From an uncultured Dehalococcoidia bacterium (GTDB lineage: Bacteria; Chloroflexota; Dehalococcoidia; Lucifugimonadales; JADFKI01), in the NCBI GenBank assembly GCA_958295865.1, contig CATQHF010000004.1, positions 441,506 through 505,505 on the forward strand: a DNA stretch of 64,000 nt. The letters run 5' to 3'. Made by a program: the position numbers and the translations under genes. Positions 17,406-25,669 of the stretch are shown here, in pieces. Below the pieces are notes generated by a model. It was not told the DNA's origin and searched no databases. It saw only the letters and a list, made by a program, of their open reading frames with translations. Within the stretch, counting starts at the first letter, position 1; every line of letters starts with the position of its first letter.

Positions 17406-18392
17406 CTAGCCGCCCTTGACTACCGGCTGCATCGCTGCGATGTGTTCAGGGCCGGAGGCGCAGCATCCGCCGATTATCTGAGCGCCCATGTCCTTCCACA
17501 CCCCGGCGAACTCCGCCATGCGGGAGGGGTAGTATTCGGTGTTCCGAATGATGTCCGCGCTCTCGCCCGGCTCTTTGCTCTTGGAACTCCTCTTGTTCGC
17601 TAGGGGAGCGGTCGGGTTGTATCCGAGGTTGGCGTATGCCCCGACGGTGCCGTCGAAAGCCTCTCTGAGTATCGGAAGGCCGACGGATATGCTCTCCGGA
17701 TTGCTGCACATGAGCATTACGACATCGACCGGATAGCCTTCTAGCGCGCGGGCAAGGTCGGCGAGGCTTTCGCCAAATCTCATCGTGCCGTCGCGCCTGA
17801 TTTCGCGCACTCCGAGGAGTACGGGCAGCCCTGCCTCGGCGCAAGCGTCCACCGCGACGACGGCGTCCTCTATGAATGCGATGAACTCGGCAAGGATGAC
17901 ATCCGCGCCCTCGTCTGCCAAGAGTTTGGCGTGGTCTGCCCATTCCTTCCTGTGCGCCTCGACGCCCAGATGCTGAGTGTCGGAGGCGGGTTGTTGTCCT
18001 GGGGTGAGTCCTTCTTGCAGAGTTGGCGCGGCGATGCCGCCTGCGACATAGGCATCGGGGCGCATCGCGTCGCGCGCCTGCACCGCGTTGCCGATAGCCG
18101 CCGTAGCGTACTTGCGCCAGTTGTCGCGCTCGCCAATTCTTTCAAGTCGAGTGGGCGTCGTCCAGAAGTTGTTGCTGATGATGATGTCCGCGCCGACGCG
18201 CAGGTAGTCGGAGTGAACCTGCCGCACTACATCGGCATACTCGATATTCGCCGTTGCCGACCAAGCCATCACCTGATCGTCGGCATCCTTGAGGACATCC
18301 GCGCCGCGCCGCTGGAGCTCGGAGCCGGTTCCCCCGTCTAAGAGTAGCATCTCTCCGCTGTGAAGCCGGTCAACAATCGAATGTGTCGTCAT
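17406..18392 (-). CDS. Homocysteine S-methyltransferase family protein
   Basis: LLLDGGTGSELQRRG near the N-terminus and IIGGCCASGPEHI near the C-terminus. The start is placed at ATG 18392, 8 nt after AGGAGG. Confidence 0.9.
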   Translation of the reverse strand: MTTHSIVDRLHSGEMLLLDGGTGSELQRRGADVLKDADDQVMAWSATANIEYADVVRQVHSDYLRVGADIIISNNFWTTPTRLERIGERDNWRKYATAAIGNAVQARDAMRPDAYVAGGIAAPTLQEGLTPGQQPASDTQHLGVEAHRKEWADHAKLLADEGADVILAEFIAFIEDAVVAVDACAEAGLPVLLGVREIRRDGTMRFGESLADLARALEGYPVDVVMLMCSNPESISVGLPILREAFDGTVGAYANLGYNPTAPLANKRSSKSKEPGESADIIRNTEYYPSRMAEFAGVWKDMGAQIIGGCCASGPEHIAAMQPVVKGG

Positions 18393-18548
18393 GGCTCTTC
18401 CTCCTGCCGACATTTTGCTTATGCCGGGCGTCTAAACGACCGCTAACTAACCGATGCGCTTACCAGTATCACGCCGCCGGTATTCTTCCGTTCACCTCCT
18501 TTCATTATGCACTATATTTCGTTCAACGGTCAGGGGCTTTCAGTTGTC

Positions 18549-18650
18549 GAGAAAATTGCATTAGTACAGTTTAGCCGTCGATGGGCAAGCATTTTCACCC
18601 CCATCCTAACCTTCCCCCATCAAGGGGGAAGGGACTAATGCAATTTTCTC
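18549..18650. mobile_element. MITE family A copy (A1), 102 bp
   Basis: Perfect 16-bp TIRs GAGAAAATTGCATTAG / CTAATGCAATTTTCTC and an internal hairpin CCTTCCCCCATCAAGGGGGAAGG. A 7-bp direct repeat AGTTGTC lies immediately on both sides (18542-18548 and 18651-18657). Confidence 0.85.
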
Positions 18651-18813
18651 AGTTGTCGCCTTGGACGGAGTATTGTTACCGCGGACGGAGTTAGGGGCTG
18701 AAATCGTTATGCAAGGTGAGGATGGATTGTGGGCGACGATTTTTGATTTCTCGCTGCGCTCGAAATGACAGGAGTGGATGCTCGAAATGACATTGTGGAA
18801 TACTCTGAATGTC

Positions 18814-19605
18814 CTACTGGTGGACGGCTCCGACGGCTCCACCGCCCGCCGCTATCACCTCGCCGGTGATGCACTCCGCTTTGGGGGATGCCAGATACGC
18901 CGTGAGCCACGCGAGTTCCTCGGGCGCTATCGGTCTGCGTATGGCGACATTCTGCCCCACTTGGGCGTTGATTTCATCGCGCGATACGCCTTGCTGGGCA
19001 GCCTGGTTGTCCAGCCGCTCGTTTATAGTGTCCGTGAGCGTCAGTCCGGGGTGAACGACATTGAGGGTAATTCCGTCGGGGCCGAGCTGATCGGAGAGCG
19101 TCTTGGTCATGTGGACTACCGCCGCGTTGCGAAGCCCGTATATCGTGGACTGGCGCGCGGACACGCCGCCGATGCTTATGACGCGCCCCCACTTCTTCGC
19201 GCGCATATATGGCACGACCGCCTTGATGCTTCTGAAGTATCCCACGACCTTGGTGTCTAGGTCTTCTATCAGGTCTTTCTCGTCCGCCTCGTCGATGGTG
19301 CCGCGCACCTGCCCGCCGACCATCGCCGCGCTGTTGACCAGAATATCCACTCCGCCGAGTTCGGCGACGGTCGTCTCTACCATCCTTTGGACATCATCCC
19401 AGCTTGTGGCATCGGCTGATATGGCGACCACCTTTCGCCCCGTAGCCGTCCTTATCTCCGCTGCCGCTTCGTCCAATGTATCCTGTGAGCGGGCGGCGAT
19501 GGCTATGTCCACGCCTTCTTGCGCCAGCGCGATGGCGATTGCCTTGCCTATGCCCTTGCTGCCGCCGGTTATCAGGGCGGTCTTGCCTTGCAGTTCGAGA
19601 TCCAT
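18814..19605 (-). CDS. SDR family oxidoreductase (FabG-like)
   Basis: TGGSKGIGKAIA, NSAA and the YxxxK region. Confidence 0.9.
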   Translation of the reverse strand: MDLELQGKTALITGGSKGIGKAIAIALAQEGVDIAIAARSQDTLDEAAAEIRTATGRKVVAISADATSWDDVQRMVETTVAELGGVDILVNSAAMVGGQVRGTIDEADEKDLIEDLDTKVVGYFRSIKAVVPYMRAKKWGRVISIGGVSARQSTIYGLRNAAVVHMTKTLSDQLGPDGITLNVVHPGLTLTDTINERLDNQAAQQGVSRDEINAQVGQNVAIRRPIAPEELAWLTAYLASPKAECITGEVIAAGGGAVGAVHQ

Positions 19606-19709
19606 GTGTCTTTCTCCTGTGCTTGATGTGAAGTCTGAATTGCGGTCTATTATACAGATTTCAGCCTGTCAATATGCCCTTTGGACAAGTCGGGATCGCG
19701 GGTTGCGCT

Positions 19710-21119
19710 TCACTTATCCAACGGAAGGCGAAAGGTTACGGCTGCGCCTTGTCCGGGGCCGTCGCTTGTTACGGCAATCGTGCCGCCGTGCGCTTCGACT
19801 ATGGCTTTGGAGATAGCCAGTCCCAGCCCGGTGCCGCCTATGCCGAGGCTGCGCGAGCGGTCAGTACGATAGAAGCGGTCGAATATATGGGGAAGGTCGG
19901 CGGCGTGGATGCCGATGCCGTCGTCGATGACGGAGATAATCAGCGCCTCTGCGCCCTCTAATTCCGCTTGCAGCGCGACATTCCCGCCGGGTTGGGCGCA
20001 ATGAATGGCGTTGTTCAGGACATTCCCCAATGCTTGGCTCATGCGCGTCCTATCGAGGTCGATGTCGGGGAGGTCGTCGGATACTTGCAGCGACAATTCG
20101 ACCTGTCGAGCATGAGATTGCGGCTGCCATCGGTCTGCTTCCGTAATGAGCAGGTCGTAAATCGAACATGCCTCGAGTGTAAGCCCCAACTCGCCGTAGT
20201 CGGTTTCGGCAAGCGAGTTCAGGTCGCTCACCAGCCCGCGCAGCCTATCCACTTCCTGGATGATGTGCTCGGACGCGCTTTCGGGTGTCTGAAGTCCGTC
20301 GCTTAGCCCCTTTGCCTCCAGCTGTATGACGCTCAGGGGCGTGTTCAGCTCGTGGGATACATCGTTTATCAGCCGCCTGCGTAGTTTGCGCTGAGATTCC
20401 AAAGTGGAGGTCATTCGGTTGAAAGCCGAGCTCATCCGTCCCAACTCGTCGGAGGATGTGACCGGCAATTGGGTCGTATCTCCCTGAGCGATTGCCTGAG
20501 TTGCTTCCGTCAAGGCGGTCACGGGCGCGGTGATGCGCCTGGATAGCCAGGCTGCCAGCAGCGCGACGGCGCCGGCTGTCAGCGCTCCGCCGATGACGGT
20601 GATGTACAGGAGCGTGTTGAGAAATCCATGCGACTCGGTGGATAGGAACTCGCGGTTCACATCCATATAGACATAGCCTACGGGTCGGTTTGCGGTCAAA
20701 TCGAATACCGTTCCGCGATGCCCGTTCAGGTCGGGGGCTGCGCTTCCGGCTGGCAGCTGGGATAGGTTGTCCTTAACCACATAGCCATCGATGCCGATGA
20801 CGACGACGCGAATTGCGTCTTCGTGGAAGCCTTCTGAGGATGCGCCATCGTGTTCTTCGGATCGCTCCCTCCGCGTAACGCCGCCGTAGATGTATCCGGC
20901 TTCGGACAGCGGTTTGTCCACAGTTTGCCAGCCGCTTGCGCCGGTGTATTCACGGCTCAGGTTTTGGGCTAGTCGGTTCGCCTCGTCATTGCCTATCTCA
21001 TACACGAACGCGCTCAGGCGGGACTGCGTCGCGTAGTAGCCCACGCCGACGCTGATTAGGACGGTGAGAACGATGACAAAGAAGGTCAGCCCCATTATTC
21101 GCCAGCGCAGCGACATCAT
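19710..21119 (-). CDS. Sensor histidine kinase (TM-sensor-TM, HAMP, HisKA, HATPase_c)
   Basis: LINDVSHELNTPL (H box), NVLNNAIHC (N box), DDGIGI and GTGLGLAISKAIVEAHGG. It overlaps the response-regulator gene by 4 bp. Confidence 0.92.
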   Translation of the reverse strand: MMSLRWRIMGLTFFVIVLTVLISVGVGYYATQSRLSAFVYEIGNDEANRLAQNLSREYTGASGWQTVDKPLSEAGYIYGGVTRRERSEEHDGASSEGFHEDAIRVVVIGIDGYVVKDNLSQLPAGSAAPDLNGHRGTVFDLTANRPVGYVYMDVNREFLSTESHGFLNTLLYITVIGGALTAGAVALLAAWLSRRITAPVTALTEATQAIAQGDTTQLPVTSSDELGRMSSAFNRMTSTLESQRKLRRRLINDVSHELNTPLSVIQLEAKGLSDGLQTPESASEHIIQEVDRLRGLVSDLNSLAETDYGELGLTLEACSIYDLLITEADRWQPQSHARQVELSLQVSDDLPDIDLDRTRMSQALGNVLNNAIHCAQPGGNVALQAELEGAEALIISVIDDGIGIHAADLPHIFDRFYRTDRSRSLGIGGTGLGLAISKAIVEAHGGTIAVTSDGPGQGAAVTFRLPLDK

Positions 21120-21793
21120 TCTTCCTCCGTGATGAACTTGTAGCCTGCGCCGTAGATAGTCTGGATGGGCTGGATGCCGTGTCGGCTGAGCTGCTTTCGC
21201 AGTCGGGCTATCTGGCTGTCGACGGCGCGGTCGAACCCGTCGAAGTCGTTATTGAAGGTCAGCGAGATTAGCTGATCGCGGGTGAGCACCTGGTTGGGAT
21301 GCCGCATGAATGTTGACAGCAGAGCGGTTTGCGCTTGGCTCAAAACTACGGGTTCTCCGGCGACCGCTACGCTCTGAGTGGTTTCGTTCAGCGTGATGCC
21401 GCCGCGTGTCAGAACCTGCTGAACCTTGCCCTTGACACGACGGAGCACGGCTTCGGCGCGCGCGATGACCTCTCCGGGGTCGAAGGGCTTGACGATGTAA
21501 TCGTCGGCTCCGCTGTCCAGTCCGATGATGCGCTCGGCGTGCGCTTCCCTTGCCGTGAGCATGATTATCGGAACTTCCGACTCTCGACGCAGGATTTTGC
21601 ACAACTCCACGCCATCGAGACGGGGAAGGTTCAGGTCTAGGATTATCAGGTCAGGAATTGTATTGCGCGCCAAGGTCAGGCCGGATTCACCGTCATGAGT
21701 AACCTCGGCGGAGAAGCCGGCGCGCTCGAAATACACCTTGATCCAGTTGGCTATCCTCGTGTCGTCTTCGATTATCAATACCGTGCCGCTCAT
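21116..21793 (-). CDS. OmpR/PhoB-family response regulator
   Basis: VLIIEDD...DLIILDLNLPRLDG receiver domain plus a winged-helix C-terminus (LTRDQLI...RLRKQL...IQTIYGAGYKF). Confidence 0.95.
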   Translation of the reverse strand: MSGTVLIIEDDTRIANWIKVYFERAGFSAEVTHDGESGLTLARNTIPDLIILDLNLPRLDGVELCKILRRESEVPIIMLTAREAHAERIIGLDSGADDYIVKPFDPGEVIARAEAVLRRVKGKVQQVLTRGGITLNETTQSVAVAGEPVVLSQAQTALLSTFMRHPNQVLTRDQLISLTFNNDFDGFDRAVDSQIARLRKQLSRHGIQPIQTIYGAGYKFITEEE

Positions 21794-21928
21794 CGCCAGT
21801 CCTCTAATGAGCCGTACTAGACGCTGTGGCTTAAACGAACCACAGCGTCTATCTACGGGTTTATGCCTACGGGTTATGTTATCTCATTTGAAGTTTCGTC
21901 AACTTTCCTCGGTCGAATCCGATTTGCC

Positions 21929-23509
21929 CTAGCCGCCGCCGCGCTCACCGCGCCCGCCGTGTTCGCCGCGCCGCTCACCGCCTGACTCGCTGCCATGTTC
22001 GCCACCGGATTCGCCGCCGCCAACTTCGGCATGCGCTATCCATCCGTCGAACGAATCTGGCGTCGACTGCAAGATGATGGCTAACACCTCACCCGGAGCA
22101 AGGGCTATCGGCGGCGTAGGTCCGAGTTCCGTTCCGTTGGAGAGATGCACTTCTATTCTGACCCTATCCAGGACGCCGTTGGTCGTGTTCTCCACAGTGC
22201 CTTCAAATAAGTTGCTTGCGGCGTCGTAGCTCAGGATAAGCCGCGCGCCGCCGCGAACTGCGTCGAAGGTCTCATCGGGCGTCAGCATATTGGCGCTGCC
22301 CTCTTCGCCGCCGGATTCACTGCCGCTTTCACCAGAAGACTCGCCGCCGCCCGATTCGCTGCCTTCCCCGCCTGTGTGAGGGACGGGGCCAGCGCCGCCG
22401 CAGTCGAACACTTCCATGTGGATGACATAGCCGTCGTAGGAAACCCCGGCAAGGTTCGGTTCGTCGGCGACTGACAGGCTTGATGTTACCTGATCCCCAG
22501 GGTTCAGGTCGCCCAGCTTCTCTGGCCCAAGCTCGCCTACGGTCGTCGTTCCCGACTTCAGGTGAGGTTCGGCTTGTACATAGCAGAGTGTCTGTGGGAG
22601 TGTGTTTTGCACCGTTCCGCGCACAGATTGGGTTGCCGCGTCGTATTGCATGAAAACTGCCAGCCCGCCGAGAACGCCGTTCCACGACTGATCGAGCGGA
22701 ATGATAGGGCTGGACATGGCGGCTTCGTTTGCCTCCGCGCCGTGCGATTCGCCGCTGCTTTCACTGCCCGACTCGCTGCCGCTGCCGTGTTCGCCGCCAG
22801 ATTCGCTGCTGCCAACCTCGGCATGCGCTACCCATCCGTCGAACGAATCCGGCGTCGACTGCAAGATGATGGCTAACACTTCGCCCGGAGCAAGGGCTGT
22901 CGGCGGCGTAGGTCCGAGTTCCGTTCCGTTGGAGAGATGCACTTCTATTCTGACCCTATCCAGGACGCCGCTGGTCGTGTTCTCCACACTGCCTTCAAAT
23001 AAGTTGCTTGCGGCGTCGTAGCTCAGGATAAGCCGCGCGCCGCCGCGAACTGCGTCGAAGGTCTCATCGGGCGACAACATATTGGCGCTGGCTTCTTCGC
23101 TGCCGCTGCCGCCATGCTCACCGCCAGATTCGCTGCGGCTTTCGCTACTAGAGCCGTGTTCCTTGCCGCCGCCTTCCGTCTTTTCACTGCCGGATTCGCT
23201 GCCGCTTTCACCAGTAGAGCCGTGTTCCTTGTCGCCGCCTTCCGTCTTTTCGTTGCCGGATTCGCTGCGTTCGCGTCCATCGCTGTGCTCGCTCCCGGAC
23301 TCGCTGCCTTCGCGTCCGCCGCTGTGCTCGCCGCCGGATTCGCCGCGTTCGCGCTCGGAGACGTCCTTGCTCACCGTTACGCGGTCGGAATCGCGGTCTT
23401 CTCCGAATTCCGAGCCGAAAGTGCAGCCGGTGATTATCGCCCCGGAGAGCATTGCCCCCAGAGCCGCGCCTGCCAGGATCTTTTTGGTCGTCAATTTCTT
23501 CCAAATCAT
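21929..23509 (-). CDS. Lipoprotein with three beta-rich domains separated by His/Glu/Gly/Ser-rich linkers
   Basis: Signal peptide plus lipobox (LSGAIITGC). Linkers include GESGGEHSGGREGSESGSEHSDG, KEHGSTGESGSESG and GGEHGSGSESG. Domains 1 and 3 are near-identical even at DNA level (22021-22298 versus 22813-23090). Confidence 0.8.
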   Translation of the reverse strand: MIWKKLTTKKILAGAALGAMLSGAIITGCTFGSEFGEDRDSDRVTVSKDVSERERGESGGEHSGGREGSESGSEHSDGRERSESGNEKTEGGDKEHGSTGESGSESGSEKTEGGGKEHGSSSESRSESGGEHGGSGSEEASANMLSPDETFDAVRGGARLILSYDAASNLFEGSVENTTSGVLDRVRIEVHLSNGTELGPTPPTALAPGEVLAIILQSTPDSFDGWVAHAEVGSSESGGEHGSGSESGSESSGESHGAEANEAAMSSPIIPLDQSWNGVLGGLAVFMQYDAATQSVRGTVQNTLPQTLCYVQAEPHLKSGTTTVGELGPEKLGDLNPGDQVTSSLSVADEPNLAGVSYDGYVIHMEVFDCGGAGPVPHTGGEGSESGGGESSGESGSESGGEEGSANMLTPDETFDAVRGGARLILSYDAASNLFEGTVENTTNGVLDRVRIEVHLSNGTELGPTPPIALAPGEVLAIILQSTPDSFDGWIAHAEVGGGESGGEHGSESGGERRGEHGGRGERGGG

Positions 23510-23629
23510 CGTTTCACCTCCCTAGTGAAGTATTTGTGATGCTGCACACGATAGCAATGAAATGTCGCAGAAATATGTCACCCGCAGTCGTGAGCGGCAA
23601 ATGGAGTATGCCGAAAAGTCCAATGGTGG

Positions 23630-23638
23630 TGGTATAAT
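23630..23638 (+). promoter_or_regulatory. Extended -10 promoter element upstream of the PfkB kinase gene
   Basis: TGGTATAAT (TGn plus TATAAT) lies about 50 nt upstream of ATG 23690. The 9-mer AGTCGTGAG occurs on both sides of it (about 23585 and 23668). Confidence 0.4.
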
Positions 23639-23689
23639 GACCTCTGTGAACTTTCCGTCGGCAATCCGTAGTCGTGAGTAATCTGAACT

Positions 23690-24637
23690 ATGCGCTTAAT
23701 CTCAAAGCGGCGAAGACGCCATAGGGCAACGGGGCGCAGAGTCGTCTGCTTTGGCATGATAACGCCCGCGAGGGTGCTGGTGGTCGACGAGTTGCCGCCT
23801 TGGAATACGGGCGCGATCTGGACTGAGGGCGCGGAGTTCGTCTCGGACGACGCCGCTATCGTGGCGGGGCTTCTCGCGGGGCTGGGGGTAGAGGTGGATT
23901 TGATAGGAAGCGCGCTGGGCGATGACGACGCAGGGCGCAAGACGGTCGATATGCTCAGAGCGATGGGGGTTGGAGGCAATTTCGAGCTGAGGCAGGATAT
24001 CGAAACCCCCTTTGAGATTAATATCTCCGACTCCGGCGGTGGCAGGACTTACTATTGGAAGCGCAGCCCCGAACTGCTCGCCACGCTGGGCGATGCCAAC
24101 CTGTCGTCCTTGCGCGGCGCGAGCATGCTTTATGTGGATTGGTACGATACGCCGCACATCGAACGCGCCATGCGCCAAGCGTGGCAGCTGGATGTTCCGG
24201 TGTTCATCAACATGGAACATTGCCATCAGGACGCGGAAATGCTTATGTCGTTAGCGCCATACGCCGACGTGTGCCAAGCGGTTACTGACGCCTCCCAACT
24301 CGGCGGGGACGCGGAGCGGGTGGCGAGGTTGCTCACGGAAAGCGGCGCTTCCACCGCGCTGGTTACTATGGCATCCAAGGGAGTCGTCGGCATGGAAGCG
24401 GGCGCTGTCATTCACATCGAAGCGCCCACTCTGGACGTCGTGGATACTTGCGGCGCGGGAGCGACATTCTCGGCAGCCTTCATCAGCAGCCGATTGAACG
24501 GAAGTGACTTTGAAAGGTCTGTAAAGTTCGCTGTCGCCGCCGCGTCCCTCAAGTGTTCCGTCGTGGGGCCTAAGGTCTTCCCTGTGGAAGAGGTGAACAG
24601 GCTTGCGGACTCCCTGACCGCAACGAACCTGTCTTGA
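23690..24637 (+). CDS. PfkB-family carbohydrate/nucleoside kinase
   Basis: RVVCFGMITPARVLVVDE N-terminal strand and the C-terminal anion-hole motif DTCGAGATFSAAF. Confidence 0.85.
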   Translation: MRLISKRRRRHRATGRRVVCFGMITPARVLVVDELPPWNTGAIWTEGAEFVSDDAAIVAGLLAGLGVEVDLIGSALGDDDAGRKTVDMLRAMGVGGNFELRQDIETPFEINISDSGGGRTYYWKRSPELLATLGDANLSSLRGASMLYVDWYDTPHIERAMRQAWQLDVPVFINMEHCHQDAEMLMSLAPYADVCQAVTDASQLGGDAERVARLLTESGASTALVTMASKGVVGMEAGAVIHIEAPTLDVVDTCGAGATFSAAFISSRLNGSDFERSVKFAVAAASLKCSVVGPKVFPVEEVNRLADSLTATNLS

Positions 24638-24646
24638 TGTGGGGGG

Positions 24647-25438
24647 CTAACGGCTGCCCGCCGACCTCCCGCCATCCACCATATAGACGCCCCCGGTGCA
24701 GAAGCTGCTTTCGTCACTGGCGAGGAACAGCATCATCCGCGCCACCTCTTCCGGGTTTCCGTATCGTTGCAAGGGTATGCGGTCTGCGTATGACCGCTTC
24801 GTCACCTCGACAGTTACCTTTGCGTCGTCGAGCGCCGCCACGCGCATCTCTTCGAGCGAACGCATCATGCGGGTTTCGATGGGCGCGGGATTGACGGTGT
24901 TGACCCTGACGCCGGACGGCGCGCCCTCCAGAGCGGCGGAGCGCATCAAGCCAATCACCGCATGCTTGCTGGTGTTGTATGCCGACATTTCAGGACTGCC
25001 GCCGATGCCCGCAGTAGATGAGGTGATGACGATGCTGCCCCTGCCGCCCGCGCGCATCACGGGGAGCGCGTACTTGATTCCCAACCACACCCCGCGCACA
25101 TTGACCGCCATCACGCGGTCGAAAACTTCGATGGGATAGTCGGTGATGGGGGATAGCGTCCCCTCAATTCCCGCGTTTGCCAGCAGAATGTCGATGCCGC
25201 CCCATCGGTTCACGGCAGCGTCGATGTATGCCTGGGTCTGTTCCGGCCGGGTAACATCGGCTACGGTGTAGCTTGCCTTGTCCTCGCCGATTGAGCGCGC
25301 CGTTTCTTGGAGCGCGGCTTCGTCGAGGTCAACCAGCGCCACCCGCGCGCCTTCCTCGGCGAATAGCGTGGCGGCTGCGCTTCCGATACCGCCGGTTGCC
25401 CCCGTAATCACGGCTACTTTTCCTTCCAAGCGTACCAT
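24647..25438 (-). CDS. SDR family oxidoreductase
   Basis: VITGATGGIGSAAA, NAGI and YNTSKHAV. Confidence 0.9.
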   Translation of the reverse strand: MVRLEGKVAVITGATGGIGSAAATLFAEEGARVALVDLDEAALQETARSIGEDKASYTVADVTRPEQTQAYIDAAVNRWGGIDILLANAGIEGTLSPITDYPIEVFDRVMAVNVRGVWLGIKYALPVMRAGGRGSIVITSSTAGIGGSPEMSAYNTSKHAVIGLMRSAALEGAPSGVRVNTVNPAPIETRMMRSLEEMRVAALDDAKVTVEVTKRSYADRIPLQRYGNPEEVARMMLFLASDESSFCTGGVYMVDGGRSAGSR

Positions 25439-25514
25439 TTGCGAACTCCTTGCGTACAGCGTTGATGTTTCGTTCTCGATTGTGTATCGCTTAATTAGGG
25501 CGTGCTCGTACTAG

Positions 25515-25632
25515 GTTGTGTGGATAATTGAGATATATGCTATGTTAAAGGCATGCCTAACACAAGACTAACTACCGCTAAATGGATGAAGATACGCGAC
25601 TTTCTGCGCTCCGACCCGAATGTCCACACAAC
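25515..25632 (+). mobile_element. 118-bp MITE made of the left end of the second IS5-type element plus its right terminus (B0)
   Basis: CTAG | GTTGTGTGGATAATTGAGATATATGCTATGTTAAAGGC ATG (MPNTRLTTAKWMKIRDFLRSDPNVHTT) ...ATGTCCACACAAC | CTAG. The termini are inverted copies of each other and the 4-bp flanks are identical (25511-25514 and 25633-25636). Confidence 0.75.
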
Positions 25633-25669
25633 CTAGCCACTGAGGGTTGAAAACTGGTAACTTTATGGG

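Noticed and set aside
23585-23676. Direct 9-mers AGTCGTGAG flanking the pfkB promoter as response-regulator binding sites
   Set aside because: There are only two copies 83 bp apart, with no supporting symmetry or known consensus. This could be chance.
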